Made by a program: the position numbers and the translations under genes
Shown here: piece by piece, positions 48,593-59,288 of the stretch
Layout: the number at the start of each line of letters is the position of its first letter
Position numbering within the stretch: the first letter of the stretch is position 1
Notes under the pieces: generated by a model
What the model was told of the DNA's origin: nothing
Seen by the model: the letters and a program-made list of their open reading frames with translations, nothing else
Databases searched by the model: none
DNA from: Gemmatimonadota bacterium
Lineage (GTDB): Bacteria; Gemmatimonadota; Gemmatimonadetes; Palauibacterales; Palauibacteraceae
DNA length: 64,000 bases
Direction of reading: 5' to 3'
Assembly (NCBI GenBank): GCA_048060725.1
Contig: JBGMQU010000002.1
Span: 1,033 to 65,032 of the forward strand

Positions 48593-49878
48593 GTTTCCCC
48601 CACGTGCACGACCTCGAGACGAGGACGCTCCTGTCAGAGTTCCACGGTGACGAGAAGGCACGGACGCTCGCCGGATGGATCGAGAGCGGAGGGTACGAGC
48701 GTCTCCGGACGGCCACAGGGATGGCCGCCGATGAGATCACCGACGTCGTGAAGGACTCCGGCCTGCGCGGCCGCGGGGGCGCGGGGTTCCCGACCGGGCT
48801 CAAGTGGAGCTTCATGCCGGAGGATGACGGCAGGCCTCACTATCTGTGCTGCAATGCCGACGAGTCGGAGCCGGGCGCGTTCAAGGATCGGGAGATCATC
48901 CGGTGGACACCACACCTGTTGATCGAGGGATGTCTCATCGCGGCGCGCGCCATCCGGTGCGAGCACGTCTACATCTACGTGCGTGGCGAGTTCATGCCGT
49001 ACACGAAGATCCTGGCCGACGCCGTCACCGACGCCTACGAAGGCGGGTACATCGGCGAGGACATCATGGGGAGCGGGTGGTCCTGCGATCTGACGGTGCA
49101 TACGGGCGCGGGCGCCTATATCGCCGGCGAGGAGACCGGCCTGATGAACTCGTTGATGGGGAATCGGGCCGAGCCGTGGATGAAGCCGCCGTTCCCCGCG
49201 CAGGCGGGAGCATTCGGGATGCCGACGACGGTCAACAACGTCGAAACGCTCGCGACGGTCCCTGGCATCCTCCAGAACGGCGCCGACTGGTACCGGCAGT
49301 GGGGTACCGAAAAATCGTCGGGCACGAAGCTGTGGTGTTGCTCGGGACACCTTGCGAGGCCGGGCAATTACGAGCTCGAGCTCGGGGTCCCGCTGAAGGA
49401 CATCATCTACGACGTCTGCGGGGGCACGCCGGACGGGAAACCGATCCGGGCGGTGATCCCGGGTGGCTCATCCACCGCCTTTCTGACGTCTGACGAACTC
49501 GACTGCACCACGACGTACGAAGGCCTGCAGGAAGCCGGCAGTTCGCTCGGCACGGCCTCGCCGATCGTGATGGACGAGTCGACGTGTGTGCTGGCGGTGA
49601 TGCGGCGCGTCGCGCAATTCTACGCCCACGAGTCGTGCGGGCAGTGCGTACAATGTCGCGAGGGGACGCAGTGGATCGTCGAGATACTCCAGCGTATCGA
49701 GGCCGGTGACGGGAAGCTCGAGGATCTGGACACCCTGTACGACCTGTGCGAACAGATGACGGGCCGCACCATCTGCGTCCTGGCCGACAGTGTGGTGTTC
49801 CCGCTTCGCTCGTCGATGGACAAGTTTCGTGACGAGTACGAGGCGCACATCGCCACCGGCTCCTGCACCGCGAGATGA
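48589..49878 (+). CDS. nuoF: NADH-quinone oxidoreductase subunit F
   Basis: ATG at 48589 overlapping the nuoE stop (ATGA). GLRGRGGAGFPTG FMN site; ESCGQCVQCREGT N3 cluster. Confidence 0.9.
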   Translation: MSFPHVHDLETRTLLSEFHGDEKARTLAGWIESGGYERLRTATGMAADEITDVVKDSGLRGRGGAGFPTGLKWSFMPEDDGRPHYLCCNADESEPGAFKDREIIRWTPHLLIEGCLIAARAIRCEHVYIYVRGEFMPYTKILADAVTDAYEGGYIGEDIMGSGWSCDLTVHTGAGAYIAGEETGLMNSLMGNRAEPWMKPPFPAQAGAFGMPTTVNNVETLATVPGILQNGADWYRQWGTEKSSGTKLWCCSGHLARPGNYELELGVPLKDIIYDVCGGTPDGKPIRAVIPGGSSTAFLTSDELDCTTTYEGLQEAGSSLGTASPIVMDESTCVLAVMRRVAQFYAHESCGQCVQCREGTQWIVEILQRIEAGDGKLEDLDTLYDLCEQMTGRTICVLADSVVFPLRSSMDKFRDEYEAHIATGSCTAR

Positions 49879-49881
49879 CCG

Positions 49882-51513
49882 ATGTCTGACGGCGAACGAA
49901 GCGCAGCGGCTCCGGTGGACACGGTCACCCTGACGGTCGACGGCATGGAGGTGACCGTCGCAAAGGGGACCCGCGTCATCGAGGCGGCCGAGCGCACCGG
50001 GATCGTCGTGCCGCGCTATTGCTACCACCCCGGGATTCCGACGCGGCCGGCCCAGTGCCGTATGTGTCTGGTCGAAGTCGAAGGGCAGCCCAAACTCCAG
50101 CCGTCCTGCGTCCTGGAGGCACAGGACGGGATGTCGATTCTCACGGCGAGCGACACTGCCGAGAAGGCCCGCCAGTCGGTGATCGAGTTCCTGCTCGTGA
50201 ACCACCCGCTCGACTGTCCGATCTGCGACGCGGCGGGCCAGTGCATGCTGCAGGATTACGCGTACGTCACGACGCAACTCAAGAGTCGGGTCGACGAGCC
50301 CAAGACCGTCATGGGCCGCGACCGGATCTCCGAAGACATCATGTACTTCGCCGACCGCTGCATCATCTGCACGAGATGCGTCCGATTCATGCGCGATGTG
50401 GCGGAAGACGATTCGCTGGTCGTGGCGCAGCGGGGCCACAAATCCTACATCGACACCTTCCCGGGCCGCGATCTGGACAACCCGTTCCAGGGCAACATCG
50501 TCGATGTGTGTCCGGTCGGGGCGCTCGTCCACGAGGACTTCGTGTTCAAGGCGCGGGCGTGGGACATGGACGCGACGGTCGGCATCTGTCCCGGTTGCTC
50601 GACCGGGTGCAACGTCATGGTGGACACCAAAGAGAACCAGGTCGTCCGACTGAAGCCGCGGCACAACGCCGAGGTCAACTCCTACTGGATGTGCGACCAC
50701 GGGCGAAAGCACCTCGTCATGTCCAATCGTGGCGTTCGGGCGAAAGTGCCGATGATTCGCGACGGCGACGAGTTGCGCGCCACCGACTGGCCCACGGCGA
50801 TCGCCTGGGTCGTCGCGAAGATGGAGGAACTCGGGCGGCCGGGTGGTCTGGGCATCGCCTCGCCGGACTCGTCGAACGAGAATCTCTTCTATTTCACGCG
50901 GATCCTCGATCGGCTCGGCATCGAGCGTTGGGAGTTCAGCGTACCGCAGGGCGAGACCGCCGCCCTCCCATCGGTGCCGACGCTGCAGTTGCGTGCGGAC
51001 CGCGCGGCCAACGTGGTGGGCGCCGGGCTACTGGGGGGAACGAGAGCGGATGCGGCCGCCGGGACGGGGCCCTCCGAGGGGGCGCTGGTCGTGCTCGAGG
51101 ACGGCCTCGAGGGGGTCGAAGAGGGCTTCGGTGCCGACGCGGCGTTTTTCCTCTACGTCGGCTCGCGGCTACCGCAGGGCGCCCGCGAGGCCGACGCGGT
51201 GCTACCGATCGCGACCTTCCTCGAGATGGAGGGGACGTTCACGAACTTCGACCGGCGCGTCCAGCGGTTCCATCAGGCCCTGCGGCCGCCCGGAATCGCC
51301 CGTCCAGCCTGGATGATCCTGAGCCGGGTGGCGGCCGCAGCGGGCGAGGGCGACCCGGTGGATGACGTCGGGTCGGCACTCGAAGCCGTGTCCAGCGGGG
51401 CGCGGGCGTTCGGGGGGCTCTCCTGGGAAGGCCTCGGACTCAAGGGAGCCGTGGCCGGGGACGCCGCAACGGCGGCGGTCGGTTCGGCGGGCGCTGCGGG
51501 GATGGATCGCTGA
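49882..51513 (+). CDS. nuoG: NADH-quinone oxidoreductase subunit G (short form, 543 aa)
   Basis: N-terminal 2Fe-2S (CYHPGIPTRPAQCRMCLVEV) and 4Fe-4S motifs (HPLDCPICDAAGQCMLQ, CIICTRCVRF). The molybdopterin-like region is truncated. Confidence 0.85.
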   Translation: MSDGERSAAAPVDTVTLTVDGMEVTVAKGTRVIEAAERTGIVVPRYCYHPGIPTRPAQCRMCLVEVEGQPKLQPSCVLEAQDGMSILTASDTAEKARQSVIEFLLVNHPLDCPICDAAGQCMLQDYAYVTTQLKSRVDEPKTVMGRDRISEDIMYFADRCIICTRCVRFMRDVAEDDSLVVAQRGHKSYIDTFPGRDLDNPFQGNIVDVCPVGALVHEDFVFKARAWDMDATVGICPGCSTGCNVMVDTKENQVVRLKPRHNAEVNSYWMCDHGRKHLVMSNRGVRAKVPMIRDGDELRATDWPTAIAWVVAKMEELGRPGGLGIASPDSSNENLFYFTRILDRLGIERWEFSVPQGETAALPSVPTLQLRADRAANVVGAGLLGGTRADAAAGTGPSEGALVVLEDGLEGVEEGFGADAAFFLYVGSRLPQGAREADAVLPIATFLEMEGTFTNFDRRVQRFHQALRPPGIARPAWMILSRVAAAAGEGDPVDDVGSALEAVSSGARAFGGLSWEGLGLKGAVAGDAATAAVGSAGAAGMDR

Positions 51514-52787
51514 TGGATCTCATCTCCGGCGGCCCGTTCGCGCTAGCGACGCTCCTGAAGGCGGTCATCTTCTTCACCCTGTTGATCCTGCTCGTTGCGC
51601 TCGCGACGGTGATCGAGCGCAAGGTCGCCGCCTTTATCCAGGACCGAAGCGGACCGAACCGCGTGGGGCCCTGGGGTTTCCTCCAGATGATTGCCGACGG
51701 CATCAAGAACATCATCAAGGAAGAGACGATGCCGGAGCAGGCGGTCAAGCCGTTTTTCATGCTCGCGCCCATGCTCGCGATGCTGCCGGCCACGATCCTG
51801 TTCGCCGTGATTCCGGTCGCCGCGCCTCTGCCGACATCGTGGGGCCTTGTCGAAATGATCGTCGCGGATGCGTCCGTCGGCTTCCTCTACGTTCTCGCCA
51901 TCGCGTCGTTGGGTGTGTACGGCGTCGCGATGGGTGGTTGGGCGTCCGGGTCGAAGTACGCCTTGCTCGGCGGACTTCGTGCCTCCGCACAGATGATTAG
52001 CTACGAGGTCGCGCTCGCGCTGAGCCTGATCCCGCTGGTACTGCTCGCCGGGGACGTGCGCGTCCCCGAGATCATCTCGATGCAGCAGGGGTTTACCGCC
52101 GGGCCGCCCACGTACGCGACGTGGTTCATCCTGCCGTTACTCCTCGGGTCGTTTCTGTTCTTCGTATCAGGACTCGCGGAGGCGAACCGTCTCCCCTTCG
52201 ATCTTCCGGAAGCCGAGGCGGAACTCGTCACCGGGTACCACACCGAATATTCGGCGATGAAGTTCTCCATGTTCATGATCGGGGAGTTTGCACACGTTCT
52301 CACGACCGCTGCGCTCATCACCGTGTTTTTCCTCGGCGGGTGGGACATCCCGTTCTGGAGCGGAGACAACATTCGCGTCCTGTCCGATGGGACGGTGATC
52401 GGCGATCCCACCTGGTGGAAGACCCTCCTCACCTTAGGGATGTTCGGCCTGAAGACGGGACTCGTCGTGATCGTGTTCATGTGGATCCGCTGGACGCTGC
52501 CTCGATTCCGCTACGACCAGCTCATGGATTTGGGCTGGAAGCTCATGCTCGAGGCCGTCACCGTGTACATCCTCATCATCGCGGCGACGATTCTCGCGAT
52601 CGATGCCACCGGGCTCGAGGTGGGCGTCGCATACGCAGGGATTCTCTTCGCGGTCAACCTCATCCTCGCGATCATCCTCTTCGGCGTGCTGGATCGCGGC
52701 GTCCTCATCAGTGGGGCGGCGAACAGGAAAAAGCGACGCGAGCCCGTCATCCCCGTGGAGACCGAAGGAGGCAGCGATGCCCGGTGA
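51513..52787 (+). CDS. nuoH: NADH-quinone oxidoreductase subunit H (with a C-terminal extension)
   Basis: IQDRSGPNRVGPWGFLQ ... YEVAL signatures. Confidence 0.9.
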   Translation: MDLISGGPFALATLLKAVIFFTLLILLVALATVIERKVAAFIQDRSGPNRVGPWGFLQMIADGIKNIIKEETMPEQAVKPFFMLAPMLAMLPATILFAVIPVAAPLPTSWGLVEMIVADASVGFLYVLAIASLGVYGVAMGGWASGSKYALLGGLRASAQMISYEVALALSLIPLVLLAGDVRVPEIISMQQGFTAGPPTYATWFILPLLLGSFLFFVSGLAEANRLPFDLPEAEAELVTGYHTEYSAMKFSMFMIGEFAHVLTTAALITVFFLGGWDIPFWSGDNIRVLSDGTVIGDPTWWKTLLTLGMFGLKTGLVVIVFMWIRWTLPRFRYDQLMDLGWKLMLEAVTVYILIIAATILAIDATGLEVGVAYAGILFAVNLILAIILFGVLDRGVLISGAANRKKRREPVIPVETEGGSDAR

Positions 52788-53274
52788 GGTGAGGGTCGTC
52801 GAACGTCCGGAATCCGAGGGGTCGTACGTGCGTGCGGCGGCCAGGGGGATGAGCATCACGATGCGGCACATGCTCAACCCGAGGAAGAAGACGCAACAGT
52901 ATCCCGATGAGAAATGGGAGCTGGGGCCGCGCGTCAGGGGCACGCACCGGATGGCGGTGCATGAGGATGGGAGCGCCAAGTGCGTGGCCTGCGGACTGTG
53001 CCCCACCGTGTGTCCGGTCAACTGCATCAAGCTCGTGCCGGCCGAGGACGAGAACGGCGAGCGCTATGCGGCGATCTACGAGATCGACGAGTTCCGCTGC
53101 ATCTTCTGCGGGTTTTGCCAGGAGGTTTGTCCGGTCGAGGCGATTCACCTCGGCGTCCACTATGAGAATGCCGAGTACACGCGCGAGCGCTGGGTGTACG
53201 ACCTCGAGCGCCTGTGCGAGCAGGATCACCCGATGACGGCCCTCTGGGACCCGTCGGATCCCGCCTCGCAATGA
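52777..53274 (+). CDS. nuoI: NADH-quinone oxidoreductase subunit I
   Basis: ATG at 52777. Two CxxCxxCxxxCP ferredoxin motifs ([24 protein letters not shown]). Confidence 0.9.
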   Translation: MPGEVRVVERPESEGSYVRAAARGMSITMRHMLNPRKKTQQYPDEKWELGPRVRGTHRMAVHEDGSAKCVACGLCPTVCPVNCIKLVPAEDENGERYAAIYEIDEFRCIFCGFCQEVCPVEAIHLGVHYENAEYTRERWVYDLERLCEQDHPMTALWDPSDPASQ

Positions 53275-53795
53275 TCTACGATCTGCTGTTCTTCTTCTTT
53301 TCCGGCGGCGCGATACTCGGGGCACTCCTGATGGTGACTCGAAAGAACCCGGTGTCGGCCGTGATCTTTCTGGTCGTGGTGTTCTTCAGCACGTCCGGGA
53401 TTTTCCTGCTGCTCGACGCGCACTACCTCGCCGCGATCAACGTGATCCTCTATGCCGGCGCGATCATGGTGCTGTTTCTGTTCGTGATCATGCTGCTCAA
53501 CCTGGGCCACGCCGACTGGAGCGACCTGCGTGGGCCGTTCGGAGGGTTGATCGGTGGAGCGATCGCGACGGCCTTCCTGGGCCTGATCGCCCGGTATCTC
53601 GTGGGCAGCACCGACGCGATCGCGACCGTTCCTGCCGGCGATGCGCTCCGGGCCGCGGCCGCGGAGCAGGGGGTCGTCGGCGTCGTGGCGCGGCCGCTGT
53701 TCACCGAGTACGTGGTCGTTTTCGAGGTCACGGGGGTGCTCCTGCTCACCGCGATCGTCGGTACGATCGTGCTGGCCCGGAGGAAGACGGCATGA
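53271..53795 (+). CDS. nuoJ: NADH-quinone oxidoreductase subunit J
   Basis: ATGA overlap with nuoI; hydrophobic; [20 protein letters not shown] motif. Confidence 0.85.
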   Translation: MIYDLLFFFFSGGAILGALLMVTRKNPVSAVIFLVVVFFSTSGIFLLLDAHYLAAINVILYAGAIMVLFLFVIMLLNLGHADWSDLRGPFGGLIGGAIATAFLGLIARYLVGSTDAIATVPAGDALRAAAAEQGVVGVVARPLFTEYVVVFEVTGVLLLTAIVGTIVLARRKTA

Positions 53796-54121
53796 ACGAA
53801 GCCGCCACGCTCAGCGTCCTGGGCACTCCCGGCACGGTCGCGCTCATGGTCAGTGCGATCCTGTTCGCGATCGGCGTGGTCGGCGTCCTGCTGCACCGCA
53901 ACGCGATCATCGTGTTCATGTGCATCGAGTTGATGCTCAACGCGGTGAACATCTCGCTCGTCGCTTTTTCTCGCGCGCACGGGATGCAGGGCCAGATCCT
54001 CGTCTTCTTCGTGATGGCCGTGGCCGCGGCGGAGGCGGCCGTGGGGCTGGCGGTCATTATCGCGATCTTCCGTCACTATGAAGTTGTCGACCTCGACCGC
54101 TTCAACCTGCTCAAATGGTGA
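53792..54121 (+). CDS. nuoK: NADH-quinone oxidoreductase subunit K
   Basis: 109 aa with three TM segments; [10 protein letters not shown] ... [10 protein letters not shown]. Confidence 0.9.
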   Translation: MNEAATLSVLGTPGTVALMVSAILFAIGVVGVLLHRNAIIVFMCIELMLNAVNISLVAFSRAHGMQGQILVFFVMAVAAAEAAVGLAVIIAIFRHYEVVDLDRFNLLKW

Positions 54122-56184
54122 GCGGCCTCGCGATGATGACGGCGCTTGCCGGGGTGAACCCGGCGCAGGAGGCCGCGGCCGGGTTCGTGCCGTTCCTGCC
54201 GTGGCTGATACTGGCCATCCCGTTGGCCGGTGCGGTGATCAACGGTCTCGGCGCGTTCCTGTGGCGCACGAACAAGTCGATTCCGGCAGCGGTCGGACCC
54301 GTAGCTCTGGTCGCGACCTTCACGGTCGTCGTGATCAACTTCCTCGGGATGCAGGCGACGGCGCCCCACGACCCCACGATCTACGGCATGTGGACGTGGA
54401 TCGAGTCGGGCACGCTGAGCGTCGGCGTCGACCTCCAGTTCGACCAGCTCTCGCTGCTCATGAGCATGATCATCACCGGCGTCGGGAGCCTGATCCACAT
54501 CTATTCGGTCGGGTACATGAAGGACGATCCGGCCTTCTCCCGGTTCTTCGCGTATCTGAACCTGTTCATCTTTTTCATGCTGATCCTCGTTCTGGGGGCC
54601 AGCCTGCCGCTGATGTTCGTGGGGTGGGAGGGCGTCGGGCTTTGCTCGTACCTCCTGATCGGGTTCTGGTTCGACAACAAGGAGTACTCGGACGCCGGAA
54701 AGAAGGCGTTCATCGTCAACCGGATTGGCGATGTGGGCTTCCTGATCGCGATGTTCCTGCTGTTCGCCGCGATCGGCACGCTGGATTTCGTCGGCATTAT
54801 CGACAACGTGGATTCGCTCGCCTACGGCGGGACGCTCGTCACCGGGATCACGCTGCTGCTCTTCCTCGGGTGCACGGGCAAGTCTGCTCAGATTCCGCTG
54901 CACATCTGGCTTCCGGACGCGATGGCCGGTCCGACCCCGGTCTCGGCGTTGATTCACGCCGCCACGATGGTCACGGCGGGGGTCTATCTGATCGCCCGAC
55001 TGAGCGTCCTGTTCGCCCTCGCTCCCGTCTCGCAGGCGGTTGTGGCCGCTATCGGCGCAGGCACCGCGCTGTTCGCCGCGACGATCGCCACCAGGCAGTA
55101 TGACATCAAGAAGGTCCTGGCATACAGCACGATTTCTCAGCTCGGATACATGTTCCTGGCGGTGGGCGTCGGCGCGTTCACGGCCGGCATCTTCCATCTG
55201 ATGACGCACGCGTTCTTCAAGGCCCTGCTTTTCCTCGGTGCAGGGGCCGTGATTCACTCCGTTCACCACGCGTGGGAACAGGGGTCGCGGGGGGAGGGTG
55301 ACCACCACGGCGACCAGAACGACATGCGGAACTACGGAGGCCTGCGCGCCTACCTGCCCAAGACCTTCCTGTTCATGTGGGTCGCCACGTTTGCGATCTC
55401 GGGCGTGTTCCCGTTCGCCGGGTTCTTTTCCAAGGACGAGATCATCTGGTATTCGGGCGCGTACGGATACCCGCTTCTGTGGGGGGTCGCAATCGTCACC
55501 GCCGTCCTCACGGCCGTGTATGTGACCCGGATGATGGTGATGACCTTCCATGGCCCGAACCGCACGTTCGGGCACGGCGGGAAGGCCGAGGCGGACCGAT
55601 TCATCTCCGAATCGCCTTCCGTCATGTGGGCGCCGCTGGCCGTGCTTGCCGCGCTTTCGTTGGTCGGAGGGTGGCTGAACATCGCCGAGGCGCTGCCGCT
55701 TCCCGACGTCGACTGGCTGCACCGCTGGCTCGAGCCCGTGTTCGAGCCGGCCCTGCGCATCGCCAAGGAGCATGGGGTCCAGGCCGCTCACGCCTCACCC
55801 GTGGGTGGCGGCGAGGCTCTGTGGGCTGGCATTTCGACGCTGCTCGCGATCGTTACGGTGGCCATCACGTTTCGGGTGATGGTGAGGCAGAGCGTCCCGA
55901 CCGAGGCAGAGGACACCCCGCCCACGGGGTTCGCGAAAGTCCTTCATGACCAGTGGTATGTGGACGAGCTTTATGACCGGCTGATCATCCGACCGTCGTT
56001 CGCGCTGTGGCGGGGCTGCTGGAAGATCGTGGACGTCGGCATCATCGATGGGATCGTCAACGGAGTCGGCAACGTGACGCGGCTGTTCGGGTGGATGGGC
56101 GGCCAACTGCAGAGCGGGCGGGTGACGACCTACCTGGTTGTCTTCATGCTCGGCGCGCTATTGGTCCTCGGAGTGCTGACCTGA
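54115..56184 (+). CDS. nuoL: NADH-quinone oxidoreductase subunit L
   Basis: 689-aa antiporter-like subunit; [22 protein letters not shown] motif. Confidence 0.9.
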   Translation: MVSGLAMMTALAGVNPAQEAAAGFVPFLPWLILAIPLAGAVINGLGAFLWRTNKSIPAAVGPVALVATFTVVVINFLGMQATAPHDPTIYGMWTWIESGTLSVGVDLQFDQLSLLMSMIITGVGSLIHIYSVGYMKDDPAFSRFFAYLNLFIFFMLILVLGASLPLMFVGWEGVGLCSYLLIGFWFDNKEYSDAGKKAFIVNRIGDVGFLIAMFLLFAAIGTLDFVGIIDNVDSLAYGGTLVTGITLLLFLGCTGKSAQIPLHIWLPDAMAGPTPVSALIHAATMVTAGVYLIARLSVLFALAPVSQAVVAAIGAGTALFAATIATRQYDIKKVLAYSTISQLGYMFLAVGVGAFTAGIFHLMTHAFFKALLFLGAGAVIHSVHHAWEQGSRGEGDHHGDQNDMRNYGGLRAYLPKTFLFMWVATFAISGVFPFAGFFSKDEIIWYSGAYGYPLLWGVAIVTAVLTAVYVTRMMVMTFHGPNRTFGHGGKAEADRFISESPSVMWAPLAVLAALSLVGGWLNIAEALPLPDVDWLHRWLEPVFEPALRIAKEHGVQAAHASPVGGGEALWAGISTLLAIVTVAITFRVMVRQSVPTEAEDTPPTGFAKVLHDQWYVDELYDRLIIRPSFALWRGCWKIVDVGIIDGIVNGVGNVTRLFGWMGGQLQSGRVTTYLVVFMLGALLVLGVLT

Positions 56185-57788
56185 TGGGCATTTTCGAGTC
56201 TCACCTCGTGCTGACGCTGCTCATCGCCATCCCGGTCGTGGGGGGCCTGGCGTGTCTGGCCGCGCCGGAGTCGAAGGCTGGACTCGTGGCGTTCGTTACC
56301 ACGCTCATCGAGTTCGCCGTCTCGCTGCCGCTCTTCTGGACCCTGGATTTGACGACGGCCGCGTTCCAGAACACGATCTCGATCCCGTGGATCGAAGCGT
56401 GGGGCATTACCTACTCGATCGGGATCGACGGGATCTCGATCCTCATGGTCCTGCTGACCACCTTCATCATGCCGCTCGCGGTGGCCGGATCGTTCACGTA
56501 CATCCAGAAGCGGGAGCGTTCGTTCTACGCGATGCTCCTTTTTCTCACGACCGGCATGATCGGCGTCTTCGTCGCCCTCGATCTCTTCCTGTTCTACGTA
56601 TTCTGGGAAATCATGCTGATCCCGATGTATTTCCTCATCGGGATCTGGGGAGGAGAGCGCCGCATTTATGCGGCGATCAAGTTCTTCCTCTACACGGCGG
56701 CGGGATCGCTTCTGATGCTCGTGGCGATTGTCGCGCTGGGCTTCCTCCACCGGGAAGCCACGGGCGTCCTCAGCTTTTCGTACCAGGACCTGCTGACCCT
56801 CGACATCGACGGTCGGACCCAGCTGTGGCTGTTCGCCGCGTTTGGACTGGCGTTCGCGATCAAGGTCCCGATCTTCCCGTTCCACACGTGGCTGCCCGAC
56901 GCGCATGTCGAAGCTCCGACGGCCGGGTCCGTCGTTCTCGCGGGGGTCCTGCTCAAGTTGGGCGTGTACGGGTTCCTTCGATTCGGGCTCCCGCTGTTCC
57001 CTGTCGCCGCGACAACGCCGGCAGTCCTGATGACCCTGCTCATTCTGGGGCTCGTAGGGATCCTGTACGGGGCGTGGGTCGCGGCGGTGCAGCCCGACGC
57101 CAAGAAGCTCGTCGCGTACACGTCCGTTGCCCACCTCGGCTTCATCGTGATCGGGGTGTTCAGCCTGACTACGCAGGGGATCGAGGGTGGTATCCTCCAG
57201 ATGGTGAACCACGGCATCTCGACCGGGGCGCTCTTCCTCTTGATCGGAATGCTTTATGAGCGCCGGCATACGAGGTTGATCGCCGACTTCGGCGGGATCG
57301 CGAAATCGATGCCCTTCTTCGCCTTCGCTCTGGTCGTCGTGGCCCTGTCATCGATCGGACTGCCCGGCACCAACGGTTTTGTCGGCGAATTCCTCATCCT
57401 GATCGGGACGTTCCGCACGCACCCGTGGATCGCGGCGATCGCGGCGACGGGCGTCATCTTCGCCGCGAGCTACATGCTCCCGATGGTGCAACGGACCCTC
57501 TTCAACGCGCTCGATCGGGAGGAGAATCGCGATCTGACGGATCTCGGCACGCGCGAGCGCTGGATCCTGATCCCGATGCTCGTGTTGATCGTCCTGATAG
57601 GAGTTCTGCCGGGGCCGTTCATCGACCGGACGCGCGCCTCCGTGGATGGGCTTCTCCAACGAATCGAGAGCCGTGGAGGTCGCATTTCCGGAGTCGCGCC
57701 ATCGTCGACGGTCGACCTCGTTCGGCCGGCCGGCCTGACGTTCGCTCGAGATCCTCGCCGGCCCGACGCGGACGAGGGAGGCGAGTGA
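56184..57788 (+). CDS. nuoM: NADH-quinone oxidoreductase subunit M
   Basis: ATG at 56184 (TGATG overlap); FPFHTWLPDAHVEAPTAGS motif. Confidence 0.9.
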   Translation: MGIFESHLVLTLLIAIPVVGGLACLAAPESKAGLVAFVTTLIEFAVSLPLFWTLDLTTAAFQNTISIPWIEAWGITYSIGIDGISILMVLLTTFIMPLAVAGSFTYIQKRERSFYAMLLFLTTGMIGVFVALDLFLFYVFWEIMLIPMYFLIGIWGGERRIYAAIKFFLYTAAGSLLMLVAIVALGFLHREATGVLSFSYQDLLTLDIDGRTQLWLFAAFGLAFAIKVPIFPFHTWLPDAHVEAPTAGSVVLAGVLLKLGVYGFLRFGLPLFPVAATTPAVLMTLLILGLVGILYGAWVAAVQPDAKKLVAYTSVAHLGFIVIGVFSLTTQGIEGGILQMVNHGISTGALFLLIGMLYERRHTRLIADFGGIAKSMPFFAFALVVVALSSIGLPGTNGFVGEFLILIGTFRTHPWIAAIAATGVIFAASYMLPMVQRTLFNALDREENRDLTDLGTRERWILIPMLVLIVLIGVLPGPFIDRTRASVDGLLQRIESRGGRISGVAPSSTVDLVRPAGLTFARDPRRPDADEGGE

Positions 57789-57789
57789 C

Positions 57790-59283
57790 ATGAGGGTCTT
57801 CGAGTTCGCGTCGCACGCGGAGTACTGGGTCGCGTTGATGCCCGAGATGATCCTCGTGCTCACGGCCGTTGCGGTGCTCATGGGCGAGGCCTTCACGCGG
57901 GCGGGCGACGACCAGACCGAGTGGACGCTTACCGTCACGATCTTCGGTCTGATTACCGCGATTGTGGGAAACGGCCTGCTCGCCGACTCCACGAGCGTGC
58001 CGGATGCGCTGCTCGCCGTCGACGGAATGCGGTGGGTGGCGGACTACGTGTTGCTGGGCGGCACGCTCCTGGTCGTCATATACGCGGGCGCATACCTCGA
58101 TCGTGAGCGGTTGCCGCGTGGCGATTTCTACGCCCTGGTGCTGTTCGCCTGCGTCGGAATGATGCTCCTCGTGGCGGCGCAGGATCTCATCCTTGTGTTC
58201 GTCGCCGTGGAGTTGATGTCGATCGCGGTGTACGTCCTCACGGGGTACGCGAGACAGAACCCGAGGTCCTCGGAGGCGGCGCTCAAGTACTTCCTGGTCG
58301 GTGCCTTCGCGAGCGCCTTCCTGCTCTATGGGATCGCCCTTTTGTACGGAGTAACGGGGACGACTCGCCTGTCCATCGCCGCCCCGGCGGTCGCCGCGGC
58401 CGTCGCCAACGGAGACATGGTCCTCACCGCCGGACTGGGTCTGCTGATCATCGGGTTCGGCTTCAAGGTCGGCGCGGTGCCGTTCCATATGTGGACGCCG
58501 GACGCGTACGAGGGCGCGCCGACCCCCGTCACGGCGTTCATGGCGACGGGGGTGAAGACGGCGGCCTTCGTGGCGCTGTTGCGCATCCTGACCGTGGATC
58601 TGGCGGGAGCCCACGAGGTCTGGCGAGATGCGATCTGGTGGCTGGCGATCCTGACGATGATCGTGCCCAACCTGATCGCGCTGTCACAGGACAACGTGAA
58701 ACGAATGCTGGCGTATTCGTCGATCGCGCACGCCGGGTACCTTCTCGTCGGCGTGGCGGCCGCATCGGCGCTCGGACGATCGGCGTCTCTGTTCTACCTG
58801 GCCGCCTACACGGTGATGACGATCGGCAGTTTCGCCATCGTCTTCCACGTCGCCGGGAAGGGGGACGAGCGGTCCCGAGTCGAAGACTTCCGGGGACTCG
58901 GATGGCGACGCCCCGGCCTGGCCCTCACGCTGGTGATCTTCCTGCTGTCCCTGTCGGGTTTCCCACCGCCGGCCGGGTTTATTGGGAAGCTCTGGCTCCT
59001 GCAGGCCGCCGTCGAGGCCGGTGAAATCACACTCGCGGTGACGCTCGTCCTGACGAGTCTCGTGGCGTACTACTACTACCTGCGGATCGTGTGGATGATG
59101 TACTTCCAGGACGCGTCGGATGAAATCGAAGTCCCGACCCGTCCGTCTGCGGGGTTCCGCATCACTACGGCCGTCCTGGCGGTCCTGCTGCTTCTGGCCG
59201 GACTGGTCCCGGGCAAAGCGATCGATACCATTCGTGGCGCCGTCGACCGGGGCACGTCCCCGGCGGTCGCTCAACTCGAGTAG
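57790..59283 (+). CDS. nuoN: NADH-quinone oxidoreductase subunit N
   Basis: Antiporter-like subunit; FHMWTPDAYEGAPTPVTAF motif. Confidence 0.9.
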   Translation: MRVFEFASHAEYWVALMPEMILVLTAVAVLMGEAFTRAGDDQTEWTLTVTIFGLITAIVGNGLLADSTSVPDALLAVDGMRWVADYVLLGGTLLVVIYAGAYLDRERLPRGDFYALVLFACVGMMLLVAAQDLILVFVAVELMSIAVYVLTGYARQNPRSSEAALKYFLVGAFASAFLLYGIALLYGVTGTTRLSIAAPAVAAAVANGDMVLTAGLGLLIIGFGFKVGAVPFHMWTPDAYEGAPTPVTAFMATGVKTAAFVALLRILTVDLAGAHEVWRDAIWWLAILTMIVPNLIALSQDNVKRMLAYSSIAHAGYLLVGVAAASALGRSASLFYLAAYTVMTIGSFAIVFHVAGKGDERSRVEDFRGLGWRRPGLALTLVIFLLSLSGFPPPAGFIGKLWLLQAAVEAGEITLAVTLVLTSLVAYYYYLRIVWMMYFQDASDEIEVPTRPSAGFRITTAVLAVLLLLAGLVPGKAIDTIRGAVDRGTSPAVAQLE

Positions 59284-59288
59284 GATCC

